DNA from: Camelus ferus | Lineage: Eukaryota | NCBI RefSeq assembly: GCF_009834535.1 | Contig: NC_045697.1 | Span: 108,378,001 to 108,442,000, forward strand | Length of the DNA stretch: 64,000 nucleotides | Direction: 5' to 3' | Part shown: one piece after another, positions 24,413-36,629 of the stretch | How positions within the stretch are numbered: the stretch's first letter is position 1 | Layout: the number at the start of each line of letters is the position of its first letter | Translations under genes and position numbers: made by a program | Notes under the pieces: model-generated | The model's input: the letters and a program-made list of their open reading frames with translations, nothing else | Told to the model about the DNA's origin: nothing | The model's database searches: none

Positions 24413-24718
24413 CAAATCACCATAGACTGGGTGGCTTATAAACAATAGTTCTGGAAGCTGCAAAGTCCAAGTTCAAGGCACTGGTGTGAAAGCCCACTTT
24501 CTGGTTCACAGACGGCACATTTTCACGGTGTCCTCACAGGGCAGAAGGGGTGAGGGAGACTCTCTGTGGTCTTTTTTACAAGGGCACTAATCCCACTCAT
24601 GAAGGCTCCACCCTCTGACCTACGACCTCCCAAAAGACCTACTTCCTACTGCCATCACACTGGGGGTCAGGTTGCAACATAGGAATTTTAGGGGGACACC
24701 AACATTCAGATTATAGCA
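24413..24718 (-). mobile_element. MaLR solo LTR (MLT1A-like)
   Basis: accatagactgggtggcttataaacaa...aagggcactaatccc...gggggacaccaacattcagattatagca. Confidence 0.85.
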
Positions 24719-24829
24719 GTGGCTAGGAGCACATAGTCTGATGTCACACAGACTAAGTTTGATGGACCTGGGCAGATTCTAGACGGAGAAGGCAGTCTAG
24801 TAGTGCTAAAGGTTGGCACTAGACTGTAG

Positions 24830-24975
24830 GGGAATGAGTCCCAGCTCCGCCGCTTAGAGCTGTGAAACCCCTCGTATCTCAGGATCCCATCTGAAAATGG
24901 AGATGAGAAAGTTCCTACTTCATGAGGTTGTGGTGAAGACCCACAAATATCGGGTTCATAAGACACTTTGGACAG
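24830..24975 (+). mobile_element. MIR fragment
   Basis: gagtcccagctccgccgcttagagctgtga...cccatctgaaaatggagatga...catgaggttgtggtgaaga. Confidence 0.65.
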
Positions 24976-27571
24976 TCACTGCTCTTCGGGTTTGCTGCTG
25001 TTGTTACACTGTCACTTAATCTCTGCAGGTCTGCTTCTCCATTCATTCATTCTGTGAATATTTACCAAGTGCTTTTGAAGAAGCATCATGTCACTTCCTT
25101 AACTTAAGATGAAGCTTCTGGGCCTCAATTATATTGCCATTAGCCTAGAGGACTGAGATTAGATGTGCTAATCTCTCATGCAATGGTTTTTCAAACATGC
25201 CCCCAACACACACACACTCCAGAAGGATGCATCTTGAATGTGCTGATCATTCAAGAGAGCTTGCTTCACCACCAGTCTGCAGCATCCCCTCCCCTCCACC
25301 ACCCTATCAGAGGTCAGACCATGACCTCCAGATTCCCATCTGGGCCAGAACAGGCAGGGAGATCAGTGGCAGAGACAAGGAGGACAGCAACTCAAAGGTG
25401 AGAAATATGTTCAGACATTCAGAGAAAGGAAGTGCTGGGTGACCAGGGACCAGAAGAAATGCATTAGGATCTGGTGTTCATCTCAACTGTCACACTCTCC
25501 ATTACTTCCCTCATTTCCATTCCTAGTCATGTGACCTGACTTCTGGAGCAGGGATTTGGATCAAGAATCAATGATCTGTGATTGAAATATTAAATATTGA
25601 GAAGTAAATAATGGCAAATTTATTAGTAAAGTAGCATAAAAGTTGCTGAGTACATTTATTCACTTGCCCATAGGAGAATTACAATTTTAAGCTCATAATT
25701 AAATGAAAGTAGAGCTTAAGACTATAGCTATTGAATAATCCTTGGATCAAGAACTAAAATTTATCACTATGGACTAGTTCTATTTCTCCTATGCCATATT
25801 CAGAATTAACATCAATGATTATGTTCTGTCCAACCTTAGTAGGACTTCAAACTGGAACTCATAATTTTCTTCTGCAAGCCTGGTATTTTCCCACATTTCC
25901 TATATCCACCAAAAAAAGTCATAAAACCTAGAAGCTATCCTTCATAGTCCTACCTCCTCATCACAACCAAAATATCAGCAAATCCTATCAACCTGAGCAC
26001 ACAAATATCTCTCAGATTCATGGATTTTTTTCTTAGTTCCAAAAAGTTATGCTTAGGATATTAAAAGAAATAAATTTTAAAAATCTGTAAAAACAAATAA
26101 GGAATCATTCAACAGAAACAGCCAATACTCTAATAAGAACAGATGGATGGGGAAAAGAACCAATTAGAAATCTCAAAAATTTCTTAAAAGGTCATTAAAA
26201 TATTTTAAACAATTAGTAGATGCAATAAAATTTGGGTTGGATGTAGTCACCAAGATATTTAGTGAGTGGAAGGATATTCCTGCAGAAATCATCCAGAATA
26301 CAACACAGAGAAACAAAGGAACACTGATCATCAAAGAGGAGTTAAGAGACACGGTGAGGTAGCCTTTCCCCCAAGATGGCTGCCATGAATGTCCTCTCTC
26401 TCTGCGCACACAAGCTACCCACCCATCAGGAGGTGGGTCTTCCCCTGCCCTGGGATATCAGGTTTTTATTGCTTTAAAAAAGATCTTAAGCTGAGTAGTA
26501 AAACGTTAACCATTTGTTAAATTTGAGTGGTGGGTTCTTTTGTGTTTTATTCAACTATTTCAAATGTTAACAAAATGGATTTTTCACCGGTAATGTATGG
26601 AAATCAATTCCATTGCTTCCCCTTATAGTCACAATCCAAACAAAACTCTGCCTGTGTCTGTGTCAGGGAACTTGCTCATCTGCATTTGGGTCTCTGATGC
26701 TGCCAGATGGAGGTGCGCTGTGTCTTCACTCACAAACTTACAGGGGGCTGGAGAAGAGGCTCCCAGATACATGACTATGTTGGATAAACTACATTCCCAA
26801 ATGAAACCAAACTGCAAAAAAAAAAAAAAAAAAAAAAAAATGCAGACCTGAGAGAAAGTTTACTTAAGGAAGGTGACCCATCCTTTTAAGTTGGAGAGAT
26901 GTGCTGGACTGGGGAACATGGGCAAAGACCGGGAGCCATAACAAAGGAGCGACCTGGACAGGAACAGGAATCCGGGTCCGCCAGGGCGTCTCCTGACCAT
27001 CAGAGCCGGCAGCCTGCTGGTCCAGGACAAAGGCCAAGCAGGGTGGACATCCCCAGCCGCCAGGGACCAGTACTGGGTGCCCCTCTTGGCAGGTGGCAGC
27101 AGGCAGGCAAAATAGGGACTGAGTGATGGACAAGTCTAATCCATCCCGGTGATTCTCAGGAATATTTTGCGAAGGGAGCTCAGGAAAAGTCTGAGGTTTC
27201 TCTTGATTTGACAGATAGGGCCTGCGCCTTTGTGATTTGGGGATTTGAGAGGAATCGTGTCTTATTTTGGAGATACAAATAGATGAAGGCCAGGCTTTGG
27301 GCTATTGCCTTTATCTCCATCATCCATACACACACTCAGTGAAGGAGAAGCAGAGGTGAAAATATTGCAACCCAGCAGCTTCCCTAACTCCGGTGCTGTC
27401 CGTGAGGCCTCCCTGAGCACCCTTAACCGAGCACTGCCCACCTGCCCTCCTCCCCACCACCACTGTATTTCCTTAGTAGAAATTGTGCCTTAGTTTTTAA
27501 CAGTACCTAACATTTTTTCTCTCTCTCCAACTAGAATATAAACTCTATGGAGTCCAAAATTAACTCTTCTG

Positions 27572-27698
27572 TAGGCGAGGGTATAGCTCAGTGGTAGAAA
27601 GCATGCTTAGTATGCACGAAGTCCTGGGTTCAATCCCCAGTACTTCCATTAAAATTTTTTTAAATAAATAAATAAACCTAATTACCTCCTCCCCCACC
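27572..27698 (+). mobile_element. tRNA-Ala-derived camelid SINE inserted into an L2 remnant (about 27400-27785)
   Basis: gagggtatagctcagtggtag...gtcctgggttcaatccccagtac. TSD aaattaactctt at 27557-27568 and 27699-27710. Confidence 0.92.
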
Positions 27699-28339
27699 AA
27701 ATTAACTCTTTTCCTCACCTCTGGTTCATAAGTTTTAGGGCAGCGCCCCACACAAGGTAAGAACTCAGTAAACATTTGAATGGATGACCAAAACCATGCT
27801 GCGTTTAGAAGTGTGGTCAGACATCACATACATCGCAAACAACCTCACACACACACACACACCCCTTCCTTCCCTGTGACTCAGGTTCTTGGAAAGGAGG
27901 ACATCCAATCATGGATCATGAAGATTTGACCATAAATAGTCATGTCAAGATGGTGTAGGTAAGAGTGAAAATCTGCACAGTGGCCTCCCCGCAGCTCGCC
28001 CTCCCCAGGCCACAGGGTCTCACACTGACTGAATTTTGGGGGGTTAAATCTAGAAAGCAGGAGTGGCCAGAAGGAATGAGAATTGAGCACCAGCTTTTTG
28101 GTTTTAACAACGAGCTGTGGCCTGCACCCACCACCGCCATTCCCTAAGGACCAGAGGTGAGCCAGAGCTGAGTCAGGCGGTACCCGGAGCAGGGGGCTGC
28201 AATGGGGCGATGTGATGCCTGGCTCTCCACTTCTGTTCTCTGTCACCCCTGGAAAGGTGGTCTCGCCTCAGTGTCCAAATCCCAAACTTCCAGCAGCTTC
28301 TCTAGCTCCTCCCGCTAGGCCAGGAAAAAAGAGAGGAAG

Positions 28340-28430
28340 AGTTTAAGGAGGAAGAGGGGAGGGGCAAGGTAGTGGGGCAGGAAAGGGCGGGGGGAGCGGC
28401 TGCCCCGCGATGGGGAGGCAGGGCCGGACC
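28340..28430 (+). promoter_or_regulatory. G-rich tract with a GC box, potential G-quadruplex
   Basis: G runs at 28356-59, 28361-64, 28374-77, 28385-87, 28389-94 and 28412-15. GGGCGG at 28385-28390. Confidence 0.4.
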
Positions 28431-30597
28431 TCACTAGAGCTTTAATGGGATGGAACAGAAGCAAGCTCACTTTTCTGCCTCGTGATGGGCTGGGAGGCAG
28501 GATTCCCGAAACAATAACCACTGTGCACTTCTGGAGCCTGGCTGGGCCCTGCTTCTGAAAAGGTTTTGAGTCCCAACAGTGACAAGAAAGTGGAGGCTTT
28601 TTGCGATGATCCCTGGACCACCTTATCTGACTGCCTGCCTTCCAGGAGGCCGAGCAAGGTGAATTGTTCACCTTATGTCACCTTCCTGGACAGGCCCAGG
28701 TTGTCAGGAGAGGACCTGAGGGGAGGGTTTTTCTGTTTTTGGATATTTCCTACTGTACACGCCGCCAGAGGCAATTACAATGGTGGAAACTAATAACTGC
28801 GTATAAGCTTCTCATCCTGGTACAACAAGCAGAGGTTATGAGTTTCTCTGCCTGTTTTAATCCTTGCTCAAAGTCTTTTCTTTGCCTGTGGAATTCAGCC
28901 CTGGCCCTGCTTCAGTCTCTGCCCTTTGTTCACAAACATTAGGGACAACGCCCTACTTGACCCATTGTTTCTCGTGCTTTCTGTTTCTCTTTCATCTCCC
29001 TCTCCCCGCTTCTGTCCTCCCCACCTGACCGGCTTCCCAAAACCCACTTTATTCCTTTGAAATGACCACCGCAGCACTTCCCACCCTGACACTGGCAGCC
29101 ACAGTTTTCGATTCTGAGTTTCCAGTCCACTGCCCAAATGACTCACAGTATAGACTCTGTGTGCCTCTTCCAAGCAGAACAGGTGGCAAGAAATCCTAAA
29201 TAAAAAGCAAGTTTGCCACAGTGAGCTCCCGCCTCTGCAGACTGATGAGACCTATGTAATGAAGTGCATGCAGTCCTCCCCTGATTAGGCGTGCTGGCCC
29301 CCACTTTAGGGGTTGAAGACACAGCTGACAGGCAGCAGAGAAGTGAGGAGGGCTTTCCAGGCATCCACGACCCTCTCCTCCCTCCCCCTCTTCCAGGCAC
29401 CATTGCTACCTGCCTCCCAGGCTCCATCAGCCAGGCAGCCATGCCTCCTAGCATCTCAGACCCCACAGGGAGGAGGACGGTGGGCAGCAGAAACGGTCTT
29501 GGCCTCATTGTACGTCTCTAACGGCAAAACTGTCTTCATCCCCAACTTAAAAAAAATACTCCTATATGTAAACAGCACATTTCATTGACGGGTAAATGAT
29601 CTCCTTCCCAGCTTTAATGCCAATAATCTTTTGACTTAGAAAGTAAGAACCCTCAGAACCTACCTTTCGATGCAGATTTCAACTAATTTTGCTGCAGATG
29701 GCTAAGGGATAGCAGGTGATGTACAAGACTGATAATTCCTCAGTTTAAACTGAAACCACCAGAGAATTATGAGAGTATGTATAATATTTGTCTCCAAAGC
29801 TTAGCCCTTTCCCCCTGTAGCGGTATTGGATCTACAGCAATGTGGTCTCTGAGCCCCGCGTGGGCTCTCACTGTGTGGGCGAGGCCGAGCCCCTCCCCCT
29901 CTAAGCCCGGGTTGCCTCAGCTGTAAATTAGGAATGGAATTAAATTATTTCTAAGGTCTCTCCCAAGAATCTAATTATCTGAATCTGAGATTTGATTTGA
30001 CTAGTAGGGATCCAAGTCCATTAATGACTATGAACCCCTCAACATCGCCACAAAGATGTGAGTTCTTGGTGACTTCCAGGACTTATTTAAAAAGAAAATT
30101 TTTGCTGAAATACAATATACATACAGAAAAGTGCACTCAAGGCTACAGGTTGAGGAATTTTCTTCAGACCGAGCATACCTGGGTAACCAGCTTCCTAATC
30201 GGGAGACAGAACCTCATCAGCTCCCACAGAAACCGGGCTCTTGCCCCTTCCAGTCTCAGAATCTCTCCAACACATTTTGACTCTGCAAGTCATGTGCCTC
30301 CAACTCTTTTACTTGGGCAAATCCATAAATAGTTCATACCTGCATTGTAATTGCAATGGGAACAAAATAAGTAATTTCAGAGGACGAGAAGTGGTCCTTT
30401 ATTACTGAGAAAAAGAGGTTGTCAAACACGGAAGAAATACACAAGAGTGTGAATAAAAGGAGAAACGGCTTAAAACATGACAACAGTGGTAGCTGTCAAC
30501 TGTATTGATTGATTGAGTGTTCCTGGCTAGACGTGGAAATCAGTCCACTACTGAAAGGAAAATTGCGTCAATCATATACGTTTCCACTACACACTCA

Positions 30598-30670
30598 ATA
30601 CATACATATACATACACATACACATACATATACACATACGCATGTACACACACACACACACACACACACA
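30598..30670. repeat. Compound (CATA)n/(CA)n microsatellite
   Basis: Seen directly. Confidence 0.9.
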
Positions 30671-31573
30671 GAGGCATGGTTCATCTTGGTCCCTGAACCT
30701 AACTCCTTCTTTAGGAGAAAAACAAATTTTTATGGCTTCACAAGTCATACAGACTCACACAAGCAACACTGAAAACTTAGTTTAACTTCTACGACGTTTC
30801 TGTAATTCCCACATCAACTGGTGTAGGAGTCACTGCAGGATCTGCCTTTTCATGGCTCTGAAAGCAAATGTGGAGCCTGATTCCAAGGTTGGGAGAGGCT
30901 CAGAGGTGAGAGAACAGGGAGGCAACACCAGTCCTCCGATGTGCTGGGACCCTTTCTCCTAGCGGACAGGGAGGGAGGATACAGGAGTTTCGGATCTGAA
31001 AGGGATTTCAGATCGAGTCCCTCATTTGTAGATGAGGAAACCCAGCCGAGAACCAGGAAAGGAGCTGGCTGGTTGCTTGCTTAGCTAGTGGGCTGGGCCT
31101 GGCCTGCTCCACCCCGACCCATTCCCCCATCCCTCCGCCTCCCCATTTCCCCCACCAACCCTCAGCCACCGGTCCTCGGCCCCTCTGCGCCTGCTAGGGC
31201 AGCTCCCTGAGCCCCTTCCAGAGCACCCAAAGCAGGGAGACAGAGAAAGGTCAGCCAGTGCTCACAGTGATTCCTTGGCCTGGCCCTGGGCACTGCATGG
31301 AGTCTGCAAAGACCATCTCCTGCCCTTCTTCCTTGTGGGACGCAGGTGCAGGTAAACCAGCAGCCCTCTCCCCAGTTCAGGCCACACCAGCAGCAGCATC
31401 CCTGCCACTCCCTTCTCTTGTTGGGGCAAGATCTCTGTTGTTTTCTCCTCCATTCCACCCCGGATCTGCCTTCCCTTCCTCCCTGGAGGTACCAAATCCT
31501 GAAAATCTTGATTATATCTTGCTTCAAACAGTTACATTATTCCCTGAATAAAACCCGGAGCCTCGCGTGGTTC

Positions 31574-32113
31574 TGTTACCCAAGAAGGGGAAGGGGAAAG
31601 ACCCCAGTTCTTGTCTTAACCCAAAAGATAAGAATTCAGATGGGAAGCAGCATTGTGTAGAGAAGATTTTAAAGGATTTATTAGCAAAGGGATAACACAC
31701 CTCCAAGAATGAGAGGCGGGCTGATCCAGGGCAGGAAAAGCAGTGGTCTTTGTTTGCCCCCTTCTCTTATACCTTCACTTAGAGGTGGTCTATTGAATGA
31801 TTGACAGCTCTTGCCCTTGGAGCGCTCAGTCATGTTTGTCCCCTTTTGTCCTTACCCATGATGCACACAGAAGAACCCATGGAGGGTGTCTAAACCGCAT
31901 CAGTCAAATTACAATGAGCACTGGGTCATGTCTGCTTACGTCCTTGTCTCTACCATGCGGTTGCACTGTTGGATTCTAACCAGTTTCTTGCTGGCTCTCA
32001 TTTAGCAGTAAAGCCCCTTTGCACTGCAGGCGGGCACAACTCCGCCTTCCAGACCAGCCTCCCTCTCCTCCACCTTATCTGCCCGGTGCCCCCACATATC
32101 TAACCACCTAACA
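31574..32113 (-). mobile_element. ERV1-class solo LTR (540 bp)
   Basis: Ends tgtta...taaca with a perfect 4-bp TSD gttc (31570-31573 / 32114-32117). Minus-strand TATAA (31766-31770) lies upstream of AATAAA (31677-31682), in U3-R-U5 order. Confidence 0.85.
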
Positions 32114-32313
32114 GTTCATTCTTAGTTTAGTGTCACGTTTGGAGAAACACAACCCAACAATTTAAATTAATTACTAATACTTCAATTCTTTACCCCATCT
32201 CTCTAGCAAATGTTAATGGAAAGAGCACAGGGCAAACAAAACAAAGTCTCTCTCTTTGTAATAGTCTCCCTTGATATTTTGCAGGTGGAAGGCAAAAGTT
32301 CTCCACTTGGCTC

Positions 32314-32465
32314 TTTTTTTTTTTTTTTAATGAACCCAACAGCATTTTATTATTTTCTTAGGTCTTTTTTTTTTTTTTTTTTTTTTAAAGTGGTGGTGTA
32401 GGGATTGAAGCCAGGACCCTGCGCATGCTAAGCGTGTGCTCTGCCCCTGAGCTATGGCCTCCCCC
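32314..32465 (-). mobile_element. Camelid tRNA-derived SINE with a double poly(A) tail and a unique 36-bp insert
   Basis: Head at 32387-32465, poly(T) at 32365-32386 and 32314-32328. TSD acttg(g/t)ctcttt at 32305-32316 and 32469-32480. Confidence 0.85.
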
Positions 32466-32734
32466 ACTACTTGTCTCTTTACCACCATCTTCCCTTTTGT
32501 TTTTCCCTAAACCAGAAATGATCACCAACACTTCCTTCCCTCTGCTCAACTCACTGGCCAGGTCACCCAGGCCGGGTCACCCCAGGCTGGGTGGGGGAGG
32601 AGCTCTTCACCTGTCCCAGCCCTTCCGCTCTGCGGAAGGATAAGCAGGGAGACCCCTGGGACATCTAATTCCATCAAGTCATTTTCCTGTGGCAATCTGA
32701 TGAACAGCCTTCTCTGCTTATAACAGTTATTTAA

Positions 32735-33155
32735 TTTTGTAGCAGCCTTGTGGTTTGGGTAAGATTAACCACAGCCCAGCCCCGTGGTATAATTTCATCT
32801 GTGAGCCACGGTTAAAGGATGGGCCTGAGCCCCTCGCCCCATGGCCTTCGCGTCCAGTCCCAGGGAACTGCGGGACTTGGCTCTTAGTCGGGAAGACGGG
32901 AGCCTGTCTCACCCTGATGGGTGTGTTATGCAGGGATGAGGCCTGACAGCCTTTTTTATTGCTAGGAGGGTAGCCAGTCCGTGGTGAAACCAGTATCACA
33001 TGGAGGATGTAGAGACACAGAACCGAAACCCTGATAGAACTGTCCCTGAAATCCGCTGTGTCTCAGTATTCACCAAGTTCTTAGCCCATGAATCCTTTTT
33101 GTTGTTTGAAACATGTTAAGCTTAGTTTTCTCTTAATTTGCAGCCAAAGATACTC
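32735..33155 (+). mobile_element. Old MaLR LTR (MLT1J/K-like)
   Basis: 3' end ...ccatgaatcctttttgttgtttgaaac...gttaagcttagttttct...ttgcagccaaagatactcc resembles the MLT1 terminus. Confidence 0.55.
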
Positions 33156-33662
33156 CAAGATCTATAGACCCACAAGTTAGTGAACTTCCCAACCTCAATT
33201 TCCTCCTTTGTAAAATGGGATTTTTAAAAAATTACTTCACTTCACAGGAATTTTAAAATCACCTACATCTGACAGGGTTATAGGAAATACCAGAGGTAAG
33301 TGCCCAGCTCTTTGTCTAACACTTAATAAATAAGCATTTAGTACATGGTTTCTTTCACATTCCCCTTCTCCCTCAAAGGATTGGCAATTAGTAGGGAGAT
33401 AAGAGTGTTCCATTTCATCCTGATATCCAGAGAAGAAAGAAGAAAGGAAAAGAAAGTGTGGATGTAAGCAGGACTCAGTGATAGGAATCTGGCCTCTAAT
33501 CCAAGCAAATGGGGAATGGGACCCAATGGGGGCTCTCCGAGATTCCTCAAGTCACATGGCAAGGACCCTACCCTCTCTGCCTCCGCCTACAGGGAGCCCT
33601 GCACAGGCTGTTATGTCAGTAGGTGATTGTCCCCAGTCAGTTTGGCTGGAACAGAAGGCAAT

Positions 33663-34292
33663 GGGCTATATCTGGAGGGAACTCTAATGCAAAAAATACA
33701 CCTGCACCACCAAGTACATAGCAGCACTGTTTACAATAGCCAAGACATGGAAACAACATAAATGTCCAACAACAGATGACTAGATAAAGAAATTGTGGTA
33801 TATTTATTCAATGGAATACTACTCAGTGATTAAAAAAGAATAAAATGATGCATTTGCAGCAACATGAATGGACCTGGAGATCGTCACACTAAGTGAAGTA
33901 AGCCAAAAGAGAAAGAAAAATACCATATGATAACATTCATATGTGAAATCCGAAAAGAAAAAAAAAAGACACAAATGAACTTATTTACAGAACAGAAACA
34001 GATTCACAGACATAGAAAACAAACTTATGGTTATGGGACAGGGGAAGAGGGTTTGAAAGGATAAACTAGGAGTTCGAGATTTGTAGACACACACTACTGC
34101 ATATAAAATAGATAAACAGCAAGTTTCTACTGTACAGCACAGGGAACTATATTTAATATCTTGTAGTAACCTATAATGAAATAGAATATTAAAAGGAACA
34201 TAGGTACACATATGTATGACTGGAACATGATGCTGTACACCAGCAACTGACACAAAATTGTAAACTGACTACATACTTCAATTAAAAAAAAA
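33663..34292 (+). mobile_element. 5'-truncated young L1 (ORF2 end plus 3' UTR)
   Basis: gcagcactgtttacaatagccaagacatggaaacaa...tgcagcaacatgaatggacctggag...ctgtacagcacagggaactat...poly(A). Confidence 0.95.
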
Positions 34293-34432
34293 GAGAGAGG
34301 GGAAAAAAATAATAGGTCATGGCTACAACCTGTAGGGGACCTGCTCTCACCAAGAGACAATGACATATTTGCACTCACTTTTCTTCTCCAGGAAACAAGC
34401 TGAGGCTTCTTAAGGAATGTAGAGACAGCATT

Positions 34433-34579
34433 TGTTGTTACTGTTTTTAATCATTTCACTTTGGGCAGGGTGTTACTTAAGTTTATTTACTAACTTTTTT
34501 TTAACAGAGGTACTGGGGATTGAACCCAGGACCTCGTGCGTACTAGGCATGTGCTCTACCACTGAGCTATACCCTCTCC
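34433..34579 (-). mobile_element. tRNA-Ala-derived camelid SINE
   Basis: Reverse head with intact A box (TAGCTCAGTGG) and B box (GGTTCAATCCC). Short TSD agacagc at 34423-34429 and 34584-34590. Confidence 0.92.
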
Positions 34580-36629
34580 GCCAAGACAGCTTTTTTTTTT
34601 TTTAATTAGAAGAAAACTTTCTGCTGTGGAAAATTTCACACATATGCAAGATAGACATGAGCATACTGACCTCCCAGCACTCAGGACCAGCCTTGACCGC
34701 CATCAGCACCTGGGCGGTCTCACGTCTCCCTGGTCCCTCCCCACCTACCCAGGTTCTACATTTCTTTTTAAGCAAATCCAAGACAGATCACATTTTTCAG
34801 GAAATATTTCAATATATATCTCTAACTTTTTTCAAGCATAACTATATTACCATTATCACAGCTAAAAACTAACAATATAAAGATAAATTTTCTGTACTTC
34901 AAACAGTGTCCAGACCTGGTCACTCTATGCTGTTAAAATGCTTTATTGTCACCTAATAAAAGACTGACAAGGAATTTCATTAGATGAGGATAAAAGATTC
35001 ACCAACAAAAAATATTATTTCCCTGAATTTACTCCCAGAATAAAACATTTAAGAAAATCTCATTACCAAGTTTTTAAACGTGGAAAAGAAACGTGTTAAA
35101 AATTCATCTGATTTAGAGATCACCACGGCAGTTTGATAAACTGACAATGAAGGACAGTATTTCTCAAACAACATACCAGAATTTTCCCCATAAGTCGCAC
35201 ACCCATCTAATATTTTACTTTCAAGGATCTCGTAAGAGGTGAAGGCAGCACCAAGAATGTGCCATCACTTGCTTTGGCTTGTACCTCCCGTCTTGGTGGG
35301 GAGACACTCCCGCACTGGGGATGCTGCTGTCTCAGGCTAGGGCAGCTGGCTGAAGTGTGGCGGAGGCTACTGCATTTTCCTTTCATTTCTCCCAGCCCCG
35401 GGCATCTGTGTTTAAAAAGACTTCCTGTCGTGGTTGTATTTTCACCCTCCCAGATGGGTACCTATTTTAGGGAGAGGAAAGAAAACTTCTGCTTTCTTGT
35501 ACCTTTTTAAAATGTAAAGTTGGAGAGCTCCTCATCTTTATTTCCTATTCCCGGGAAGCCTGCTTTATAAACTTGGAGGGGGGGGGGGTCACGTTCTTTT
35601 CTATTAAAAAGGGTATTACTTTGCCTTGAAATAATTTTCTGAAAAATCATTTGGGATTTTTTTCTACTGCGATGATGTACTTCTCATTTCTTAATTTCCT
35701 TCTCGAACATGTACCTGTTTTGATCTTCGATTTTCTTTAAACTTACAGTGAGGCAAATGTGGTCTGTAACCACTACCTTTGATGCATCCCAAATTATACC
35801 CCTTGGAATTGCTTCCATATTATTCATTTCAGAATGGTTTCTCAACATTTCCTGAATTTCATTTATACAGGTAAAGTCTTTAAGCAAAAGGTTACTTTGG
35901 GGCCAGTGCTCACAGAATCCTGAGCTTTCTCAGCCTCCTGAGATGATTTCCTTTGGAACCAGCCCAGGAAAGAATTCAGGCTGAAAGCTACAAAGCACAG
36001 CAAAATGGGAAGAGAATGAAATCTATATCTGAATGCATTTGCACTTAACAAAAACTGGAGTGGGATTCCTGATTTTTTTCCAAAGACCTATTAGACTGAT
36101 GTGTTTGTTTATGTCATAATTTAATCTTTCAATTGCAGATTTAATATCCAATTAAATCCCCCCTTTTAAACAACACTCATTTCAGAGAATAATTAGCATT
36201 TTAAGAAAAGAAGTTTGCTTGTTATTTGGGTTCTGTCTACAGCTCAAGCAACTGCAGTCGACCTCACTAAAAAGATGATTTCCAGTAGCCAAGTCGATGA
36301 TTGGTGAAGTAATTATGTTATTTAAGGCCCTTCTCTGGCGCTGAAAGATGAATCACATTTGCATAGGTGAAAACAAAGCCTCATATGGGAGAAAATAAAC
36401 CAAAGTTGTTTTGCAGGAACAAAGAAAAATCATGCTTCAGTGCTTTCTGTTTCTGAAATATTTTCCTGTTACTGCCAATCTATGCAGGCTAGAAACCAAA
36501 TCCTTGGGGGGACGTCGAGTGTGACCCTGGGGATGTCCCCGTGACTCCAGGTCGCCAAAGAGCAGCTGCAGCAGCATTGCAATTTTATGTGCAGGTTCAT
36601 TCAGTGATACAGGAACCAAGTGTAAGGAG

